A stretch of 33,201 nucleotides of DNA from Phoronis australis (Eukaryota > Animalia > Phoronida), in NCBI GenBank assembly GCA_002633005.1, contig NMRA01000768.1, positions 1 through 33,201 on the forward strand. The letters run 5' to 3'. The notes under the pieces are model-generated. The model made no database searches. It saw only the letters and a program-made list of their open reading frames with translations, and was not told the origin of the DNA. This document shows, piece after piece, positions 10,101-17,603 of this stretch. Position numbers and translations under genes: made by a program. Within the stretch, counting starts at the first letter, position 1; each line of letters opens with the position of its first letter.

Positions 10101-13100
10101 ACTTGTGCTAATAAGATACCGTCATAACCAAAGATCAACCTTCTTAAATAACTTAAGCTATGACAGACCCAACCAATACATTCTTGTAATCAATTTTGAT
10201 AATCACAGAAACTTTTCAAGTGTACGAAAACAATGTCCAGATGTTTGAAATTATGCGACTGTTGCATTAAAAATATTGATTTTTATGGAGTTCATTATAA
10301 TTTTCACAAACATGAATTTTTCCATGAAATTTGCAATTAATGTTTCTTCGTTTCATAAGTCATCAAAGCAAGTATGGGATTTTCTTTGAAGGTCTTTGAG
10401 CCTGAAAACTTCGTTGTCAAAAATAAAGACGTCGACATTCTTTGAAATAACCTTTAACCGCCCCATAACCACTAGTAGCAAGTTTCTTGTGAAAAAAAAT
10501 CATTTTGAGAAAAATTTGTTGTTCTTGCAAAATCGTACAAAAAAAAACTTGATCAGGTGACTACAAACATCTGGGCATTACTTTAGTAAACAGGATAAGA
10601 TTCTGTGACCATTGCAAAATACATTAAAAGTTTAAGTAAGCATATTGCACGCTTTGGGAGGTAAAATTTTGAACAAAGGTTTATTCAGGAAGACATGGGT
10701 ATTTTACATATTTGAGTTTTCTATAAATTATGCAGGATATAATTTTCATTTTTCACATATTTTTGATACAGTAAAGCTAAAATGTTGTTATAAATGATTG
10801 CTACCAAGCAAAATGGAATGCATCAACTACCACTGTGACTAGGAAAATCTCACTGTAAATTATTACTATTTTTCGTATTTTCAGTCTTCCACGCATGGCA
10901 ACCATTTTTTCCAATTTCCAGATTTTTCACGAGTAATAACTGTGGGTACAGAATGTTTTCTTTTTCTTTTAATTCAAACACAGTGCTGCACTATATTTGA
11001 AAAGTTCTGAGCCATGAGACACATTCACAAAGTGAAAATGCGGTAAATATCACAAATTTATGGTAAAAATAAATGCCACAGTTAAATGTTTTTCATTTTT
11101 CAAACATAACCAACAATGCCCACAATTTCTCAAAAGATAAATAATAATTATAGTGCAGAATTTCAAACTGATAAAGTGTTTATTTGATGCCACTTATCTC
11201 AATGAAGAAAGCAAAAAATAAAATTTTACTTATCAGTTATCCGCCATATTGTGTCCTAAGTTGTTTCCGTCAATTAACAGAAAGCACTGCAGGCAAATTG
11301 AGCAACGTTCGTATTTTAGCCCAGGGAGATCTCCAATAGTGCAGGCATTAAGTGAACACTAACAGTGCAGGAACAAGCATCACTATTTCACCTGTTGGTG
11401 TGGTCACGATACATTTGTTGTACGGCAGTTCATTAAGGCCTTCTTCAACAATTAGACGTATCTGAAAGTGTCAATAACAGTCAATTTCACAAATCGAGAA
11501 TACTGCACGCTGCCATATCCAGCTTAGACGACAAGTGCGACGCCATGCAAACTGTCATTGCACTAGACGTATAGAGTCAGCTTTTTCGTAAAGACAGGTG
11601 ATGTCTGGGACAAATTCAATCGTAAGGATTGTGTCTCGTGAGGCAAAGAGGCGAATATCTCACTAGCTGGGTTACTTACAAGTTGTGAGCGTAAATATCC
11701 TACATGCGGGTGAAATAAGTGCCCAGTCAATTACCTTCCGTAGCCAACGAAAATTTTCTACTGCAACACCCAACAACAACAAAGACCAGGAAATATAACT
11801 ATACTTTTTGTATTTATGAGTCATTATTAGTTTTACGCAAAAACCTTTTTTAAGTCAAAATTTCATTTTCAAGAAAGGTACATTCATAGCACAATAACCC
11901 CTCGGTCGATTTTAATGAGACCTTTCTTAAGTGAAAACTTCACCAGTTACTTCAAAAACGCTGTTAGGAATTTTCGATTAGTCTGTTCGTTTGATTTCTA
12001 TGACAAATCAACTCGCAAAACGTAAGGTATTTTTGTAAAAAATTGAAGTCGTATTCGTCTTTGTCACATTACGCAAAAACTAGGCTTTTATATCAAAAGT
12101 CCTAACAGCGTTTTTGAGATTGATGACTAAATATTAAGTTTGGAAAGTTTCAGCAAAATCCATCCAGCCGTTTTCGAGAACTAGTGTTCCTAAGTTCAAA
12201 TTTCTTGCAACTGGTAACCAAACCAAAGGGCTTGAAACCCCCAAAAACAGTATGAAACCAATAAACGAAAACGGGAATTCCTTCCAAAATGGAAGGAATA
12301 TTTGACTGTTTGACTGGTTATGGTATGATAGCGACCATAAATAAAATGCGCCGACGAAAACAGTTTATCTCTTGCGTCTGGGTCAGATGTGTTCAGGACC
12401 GACTCTTTGAAAAGTCACAAACGGTCGACAGCTCACTCAGCAGCTTATGAAAAACATATTACTGAATTGAAAAGCCAGGCTAAACTAGTAGCGTGTCCAC
12501 TGGTGAAATCCAAATACTACACGTTTATTGAGCTTGTGCCGACAGATGTAATGTCCGACATTCATATATGTTTGGAAAGTATATTTTGAGTTTAATTACC
12601 TTTGGACAAGTGTCTTATAGGTCAGGACAAGTAAATTTCATTTCTACTTGTCCGACTGGACAAGTTAAGATAAAAGTTAATGTCGAGCCCTGGATTGCCA
12701 GGCTTTAAACCATTTCCTAACATACTGAGCCTTATCTGAAGCCACCCTACTGACCAGGCTAGGAACAAGACCTCAAGAGAAATTCCCAGATGTGTTCTCT
12801 GACAGCCAGTTACTACCCTTTTCTAGCAACCATGGGTTAATGACCTGGAGACAAAACATGTCTGAAAACTAACCACAAGAGTAGCTTGAATAAAGGTCAT
12901 GCATATTGTCAGTTTTACACAGGACATGACAATGGCCTGGGTGAAATCTGAGTTACATAACAGCGGCCCTAATACTAATCTGGACCCCCTGGCAAGGACC
13001 CCCAATGTATCATTTCAATGCTCAATGTCAATTAGAATTTGTCCACTTATGACAACCACATATTGAAAGATTCCAAGTTAATGAAAGTTGAAGAAAGAAA

Positions 13101-16100
13101 TGTAGGCCCTTTCAAGTCACTGTATTGAAAATGTTGCAATGTCCAAACCGAGATGAGATGTCAGTTATTAGCACCTGTGTAGTGTCTACCAAAGCAGTCT
13201 ACTTTCAACCCTCTTTTCACATCTTATTTCAGTACTTTATATAACACCACGCAGCCACGGATATTGGTTGACTGCAAACTGGTGTTTAAGAGCTGTAGTT
13301 TCATGTTTTTCATCTTTTTTTAAAAACACCAAAAGCAAAATAAATGTCATTGGTTTAATACTATATTAAGCTACAAGAACATGGTCATTTAAAATTTTTG
13401 AGTTTGTGCTTTTAAATGTGCGTTTTCATGTTTTTCATCTTTTTTTAAAAACACCAAAAGCAAAATAAATGTCATTGGTTTAATACTATATTAAGCTACA
13501 AGAACATGGTCATTTAAAATTTTTGAGTTTGTGCTTTTAAATGTGCGTTTTCATGTTTTAACATGGAGCAGCAGCGACACCTGATGCCAAAATATAAACC
13601 ACACACCTGTGCATCTTTCTTGTGTTGGTAACTGCAGCTCTGATGACTCATTGTGCAGAGTATAAAAGCTACTTAAGATGATACGATAAATTTCATAACA
13701 GCAATTTGACTTGAGATCACCAAAAAACATAGTGCACTCATTGTTCAACCAATATCTATATTTGTTTGGTAAGCTACTTGTCTGTTTTCGTAAATTTAGG
13801 CGTAAAAGTTTTGGTTCACGCACTGTTTTTAGTAATAAAAGATCTCAACAGGGGAGCTGTTGATGTAAACTTATATGTAGGAGCCTATATCTACGCATTT
13901 TGTGTAAAAACCTCCGTGTGCATGGAGGGGGGGGGAATTACTGGTCAAATGTGGTGGGGGGTGAGGTAACGCGCCACTGGAATCATGGACGCCCTGGAAT
14001 ATTGGGAACCCCATTTTGGACACCCTATTTTCGAAATCCTGGATGAAGCCCTAATTCCACTAATTCCAAAAAATTCCAGAAAAAATCAAACATAATAAAC
14101 ATAGCGATTCTTATACAATTAAAAAAATTGTATACCAAAGTCATATTACCAGCCTACAGATGGAGCTAAAGATTGAGACATCGTGGAACACAATTTGGAC
14201 AAACTTTTCCTTCTTAACAAGAGCAACGCAGAGCATTGAAATGCGCCCACGAATGCATCGCAAATGGTGTGCTTTTAGGGCTATTTATTTGTATCATAAA
14301 AATGGCTAATAGATGGCGCAAAAACATACAATCCATCCAAAAACAGGAACATGCCATATTTCATAAAAATCTGTCAAGGAACTTCAGAGAAACAAAGGAA
14401 AACAGAATAAAATGAAATTGCCAAAAGTGGGCACAGTGTCCGTTAGATCTGCCTGAAACTAGTCGTCTGTTGTAATCTTCCTATAAATACACTTACTAAA
14501 TTTAATAAAGATCCTGCAGTGGGTTTAGGAGATATAACTATGGGCGTAAAACAAAACTACCACTAGGAGGTGCCACAGTAGTCAGTCACCATCATCAAAG
14601 TTCGTCTTCACACTGAGAACATATATGCCAATTTTCAAATGATTTGGTTGATACAGGGGTGGACACCAAAACAAGATTTCAAAACAGCAAAAATGGCCAC
14701 AAGGTGTTGCAAAATACCTCGATTCAATCCAAAAACAGGAAGATAGCGTCACCAAATCCATAGATGCCTATATTTAAAATTTCATGAAAATCTGTTGAGG
14801 ACTTTTGAAGATACAAAGGTAAGCGTAAAAAAATAAAATTGCCACTACGGGCACTCCGGTAGTCGGATCCGTACGAAAGTTCGTTCATGCCGTCCCATTC
14901 ATGAATGGAATGTATGTGCCAAATTTCATGAACGTATGTCAAAGGGTTTTGGAGATAGAGCAGCGGACGCCTGACGGACGTCGGCCGGACGGACGCCGGA
15001 CAGACAGAGATGACGGCATAATGCATCCACATATAAATATGTGGCCGCATAAAAATTACTCTTATTTGCGAATTTCAATGAGGCAAAATACAGCACCGAA
15101 GCTAGCGAATACAGAAAAAAACCAGCTATGAAATAAGTCAGCAGTATATGCTGGAATATGGCAGATTCTAAGTTGAGACTTTGAATTTGGTTATAAGTTT
15201 GCATGCATGGAGCAGATGATTGGTTTATAAACCAGGTAAGTTCAGCAACAATTAAATCAAAAGTGAAACATTACATTGAATCCCTAAGAAAACTTTTGGA
15301 AACTGAAACCGAGACACAACATGACCTTTGAAACCAGAAGTGACTAAAAGACACTTCAGTTTATTGGGTTTGGTCTACCTTAAAGTTGCAAATTCGAAAA
15401 TGTCCTATGTACGTATTGCCGGTCACATGAGTAGCTGAACCAGTGAGCAAAAATTAAAGATCGGACGAGTGTGGTAATGTTTTGAACTCCAGTTTCAGTA
15501 AAGAATTCAAACATTTCAGCATAGCCAGTTAAACAACTCGAAATGCAGCGTTAACTGGCAAGCGCAAATGTTGTAATTCCCTGTTTTAGTGAAAAAGACA
15601 TCTCCGTCTCGCATTAATGATACACATGTCCAACCTTTGAAAATAGAGTAATGAAGTGAGTTTTTTCTGATAAATAAATGTTTATTAATTTCCGAGCAAA
15701 CAAAACAATCTTTACTTACCAGGCGATCAGCATAAAAAATAAAATCACTACGTGACGTGGTCCTGAAATGACAATATTTTAATATATAATTCATTATTTA
15801 TGAATAGAAAGTGCAAGACAAACCTGAAAGAACTAAACCCAAACTGAATTTTGGTAGCTTAGGTAACAGACTGATTCCCATGAACTGATCAACAACAATA
15901 GAAATGCCGGCTTGTCAAAAACAACTCATTAGTGATGAGACACTCGTCAATCATAATAGAAAAAATACTCGATTATGAATGGCCAAGAGGCAAACTCTGC
16001 GATTGATTTAGAAAAACATAATAATCCAATAAGGAAATTTTCACAAATGGACGAACACAACTCAACAACGATGCCAGTTATTCTCGTGCAACATTGATTT

Positions 16101-17175
16101 AGAAATTCAATTAATCAACAAACTTTTCACATTCAAAATCCATGATACATTTTAAACTAGTAATAATATCTATACCATTGCGATACTTTTCATATAATTA
16201 GCAAGTTGCTCGTAATCTTTGTGGAAACGTTACCAAAATTGGTAATTGTTTTTGTAAAAATAACTAAAAAAGTTTGGTGGGAATGTTTTGAGAAACAATG
16301 TTGAGCCGCTTCATTGCTATGATGTTGTGTTGTTGTTAAAATGTTCCAATGGTCAATGACTGCTGTAAGCTCTGACCAATTCAATGCAGTTTACACCTGC
16401 AAAAGGAGGAACCACGATCACCAAGACACCTACATTCTGGCATTTACAACAACGTAGCATTGATGTTTTGGTCAGTGCAAGGCATAATTCGCCTAAAAGC
16501 TTCCGACGTATGAAGCGCCAATAGGAGCTCCACCATCCTACTGGTGCCAGTAGGATGGTGACCTCACTGTCTACTGCACTGCAACACATGACTGGTCATG
16601 ACTCAGACAATATTTTTTTTAACTGCACTTCAGTTATCCTTCTCCAAGTACACATGAACTGTATCTGTGTCAAACAATATTACATGTTGTGAGTACTTTT
16701 GGACATAAATCACATCTAACTATCTATGACTATGACGGGAATTTCATTTGATTTGATGACTTTGCCGGCTTTTGATTTGTAAGTTGCGATGTTTGAATTT
16801 GACATTTTTATCGATCAAAGTGAAATCAAAGAGAACATTTGAGTGGTATGTCATCAACAACTATGAATCAATCTTATTCCTTTAACAATAATTCCATCGG
16901 GAAAAGGCAACGAGTCTAAGAACTTTTACGTCGCATTAACTTCGTTCTGATACGAGTCACGAAAACAAAAAACGAATAGGCCTACGTCAGCACGTGTTGA
17001 TTTTAGCACCGAGAACACTGAACGAAATTAAAATATATTACCTATCTCTTAAAACTGTCTGTAATTCTTTTATTTGGTCTGTAACTTTTAATTTGATTAG
17101 GTTTGGTCCAAAATCTTCTTCAGTGTCGTCTTCAACAGTCATTTGACTATAATTCGCAATCAAATCTGGCTCCAT
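4092..17175 (-). CDS. UPRT: Uracil phosphoribosyltransferase homolog (metazoan UPRT), 7 coding exons, 225 aa; join(17042..17175,15720..15762,11392..11461,9935..9997,9423..9584,4420..4518,4092..4198)
   Basis: Spliced translation MEPDL...FGPNLIKLKVTDQIKELQTVLRDRTTSRSDFIFYADRLIRLIVEEGLNELPY...TTPTGYKYEG...[38 protein letters not shown]...YAKFP...[14 protein letters not shown]...EHGV...HPVAPNHFGMKYFGTE* closely matches animal UPRT. All introns are GT-AG, phases agree and the total is 678 nt. The ATG has a good Kozak context (GCAATGG) with an in-frame stop upstream. Confidence 0.95.
4420..4518 (-). CDS. UPRT: UPRT coding exon 6 (99 nt)
   Basis: tttcag|(S)SGNTVVTAIKVLEEHGVKPDNVILLNLFATPM(S)|gtaagt. 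Confidence 0.94.
5404..5441. repeat. 19-bp direct duplication of a small palindrome
   Basis: TATAAACGGTGTTTATAAA x2. Confidence 0.8.
5450..5820 (-). mobile_element. Interspersed repeat family A, reverse copy (putative non-autonomous DNA transposon)
   Basis: Its reverse complement aligns by eye with 8330-8620 (TTTCATTTTTGCTAAA, AATTTTGGTCA.G) and with the ATGAGGRGCTATCA motif near 23213 and 32881. Confidence 0.5.
6442..6566. repeat. 23-bp minisatellite, about 5.5 copies
   Basis: Unit GGCAATGTCCCCTTCTGTGGATA with degenerate terminal copies. Confidence 0.92.
6753..7350 (-). mobile_element. Degenerate DINE-1/HINE-like element, 3' part
   Basis: AATAAGAGCAACAAAGAGCGTTGA..TGCGCA..TGCATCGCA matches the end of the element at 14216 (AACAAGAGCAACGCAGAGCATTGA..TGCGCC..TGCATCGCA). 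Diverged internal repeats lie at 6951-6992 and 7114-7156. Confidence 0.55.
7355..8040 (+). mobile_element. Penelope-like retroelement remnant (RT-linker plus GIY-YIG endonuclease pseudogene and 3' pLTR), antisense in UPRT intron 5
   Basis: Translation IELVNRILK...YFKIPYVG..Q*KL...KLSNLF, then a frameshift, then CAGCGSSYIGETVRHLKTRTKEN..SHL..HL..C..FAVID..LKIPEALHI..KPNLNRQ. This is typical of the PLE GIY-YIG domain. There is a premature TGA at 7484 and the GIY/VVY half-motif is deleted. Confidence 0.85.
7954..7999 (+). ncRNA. Minimal type I hammerhead ribozyme motif (PLE-associated)
   Basis: ACTT-CTGAAGA-T-GGTGT(TAAATAAATG)ACACC-GAAAC-AA-GTC|AAGT. Stem I is ACTT/AAGT, core CUGANGA, stem II GGUGU/ACACC, then GAAA and a very short stem III. 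Predicted cleavage is after C7995. Confidence 0.8.
8070..8118. repeat. 15-bp tandem repeat x3.3
   Basis: TAAGTAAGCTG(T/C)TGC x3 plus TAAG. Confidence 0.9.
8193..8660 (+). mobile_element. Interspersed repeat family A (TTAA-bounded, possibly Kolobok-like non-autonomous element)
   Basis: TGTCCAAATTTG..TAACTT..TATCTC.GAAATG..TGAAACTTTCA..ATGCTTTATGCAC is shared with 23120-23350 and 32721-32930. Confidence 0.55.
8690..9090. mobile_element. PIF/Harbinger-type MITE, 401 bp, long imperfect TIRs, CAG TSD
   Basis: CAG|GGCCCGGTCTC...GAGACCGGGCC|CAG; the arms align over more than 100 bp; central perfect palindrome AACTCGAAATTTCGAGTT at 8882-8899. Confidence 0.85.
9423..9584 (-). CDS. UPRT: UPRT coding exon 5 (162 nt)
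   Basis: gcag|(G)[53 protein letters not shown](S)|gtaagt. Confidence 0.96.
9935..9997 (-). CDS. UPRT: UPRT coding exon 4 (63 nt)
   Basis: ctag|(G)[20 protein letters not shown](G)|gtaagt. Confidence 0.94.
10193..10620. mobile_element. Inverted-repeat element (MITE-like) family B
   Basis: Arm 10193-10247 (ATTTTGATAATCACAGAA...AATGTCCAGATGTTTG) is inverted at 10564-10620; a related direct copy lies at about 27838-28010. Confidence 0.55.
11392..11461 (-). CDS. UPRT: UPRT coding exon 3 (70 nt)
   Basis: tttcag|IRLIVEEGLNELPYNKCIVTTPT(G)|gtgaaa. Confidence 0.94.
11890..12190. mobile_element. Fold-back/MITE-like element
   Basis: TCAAAAACGCTGTTAGGA.TTTT.GAT (11952-11978) is inverted as ATCAAAAGTCCTAACAGCGTTTTTGA (12092-12117). 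Confidence 0.55.
12270..12692 (+). mobile_element. hAT-like transposon remnant with a TTF-type zinc-finger fragment and right TIR
   Basis: Fragmented FLPKWKE/FDWLWYD and SGSDVFRTDSLKSHKRSTAH (ZnF_TTF/ZNF862-like); GGACAAGT subterminal repeats; terminus TTAATGTCGAGCCCTG. Confidence 0.55.
13299..13559. repeat. Perfect 125-bp tandem duplication (2 copies plus 11 bp)
   Basis: TTTCATGTTTT recurs at 13299, 13424 and 13549 with identical intervening sequence. Confidence 0.92.
14216..15055 (-). mobile_element. Full-length DINE-1/HINE-like (Helentron-associated non-autonomous) element, about 840 bp
   Basis: The 5' end is TTTTT-ATGCGGCCAC...GTGGATGCAT (hairpin), followed by a GTCC/GTCT microsatellite and about 5 diverged 130-150-bp internal units. 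The 3' end has the subTIR GTGGGCGCAT (14241-14250), a short hairpin and the CTCTTGTT terminus. A close copy starts at 32934. Confidence 0.8.
15720..15762 (-). CDS. UPRT: UPRT coding exon 2 (43 nt)
   Basis: tttcag|G TTSRSDFIFYADRL|gtaagt. Confidence 0.93.
16531..16560. repeat. Perfect 14-bp inverted repeat with 2-nt spacer
   Basis: CACCATCCTACTGG-TG-CCAGTAGGATGGTG. Confidence 0.9.
17042..17175 (-). CDS. UPRT: UPRT coding exon 1
   Basis: ATG at 17175; MEPDLIANYSQMTVEDDTEEDFGPNLIKLKVTDQIKELQTVLRD(R); donor AG|GTAAT. Confidence 0.9.
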
Positions 17176-17450
17176 TGCCACTCCACGCTCTCGTTGTTTT
17201 TCACTTGACCTGATTGGGATAGTGACACTACGTTATACAAATTAGTTCTCATATACTTTCAGTAAAATATGTGTGGATTGAAAACTTAAAGTATATTTTT
17301 GTCACGAATGACATTCATAAAACAATGAAATCATACAATTTTCTCATTTGTTGGTTTTCTCCATAATATTATCTTTCTGACAGAAACAGGAAGCCTTTTC
17401 ACTGCGGAAAGGCTGTGACCTAATTTCAGCAGGTGTTCCCTTTCGTGGTC
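17176..17450. promoter_or_regulatory. Compact bidirectional promoter and 5' UTRs shared by UPRT and ABCB7
   Basis: 275 bp separate the two divergent ATGs. The interval has an ATTGG (reverse CCAAT) box at 17213-17217 and ETS-like GGAA cores (CAGGAAG 17387-17393, GCGGAAA 17404-17410). TSSs cannot be determined. Confidence 0.75.
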
Positions 17451-17603
17451 ATGGCCGTGTATCTGCTAAGTGCGCGGTCTCTCTTCAAGAACACCACAGT
17501 TTTTACTAAACAGTTCTCCTCAAGTTGCCTAGTAAATAAATGCGAGTATGTACCTAGGATACTAGAAGTATCACGTGGACGAAGATGGCCGAGATTTACA
17601 ACG
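17451..17603 (+). CDS. ABCB7: ABCB7 coding exon 1 (putative mitochondrial targeting peptide)
   Basis: Kozak GTCATGG; [51 protein letters not shown]|gtaacc. The region is poorly conserved, so the donor site is inferred. Confidence 0.7.

Noticed and set aside
13636-13672. Second hammerhead candidate CTGATGA-CTC..GAG (also CTGACGA near 24142 and CTGAAGA near 32577)
   Set aside because: No GAAA box directly after stem II and no compatible stems I and III
14724-15204. Overlapping ORFs of 76-108 aa, and similar ORFs at 32915-33179
   Set aside because: They are translations of the non-coding HINE-like repeat, which explains their mutual similarity
17392-17414. Iron-responsive element near the ABCB7 start
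   Set aside because: CAGTG is on the minus strand and lacks the 5-bp upper stem plus C-bulge geometry
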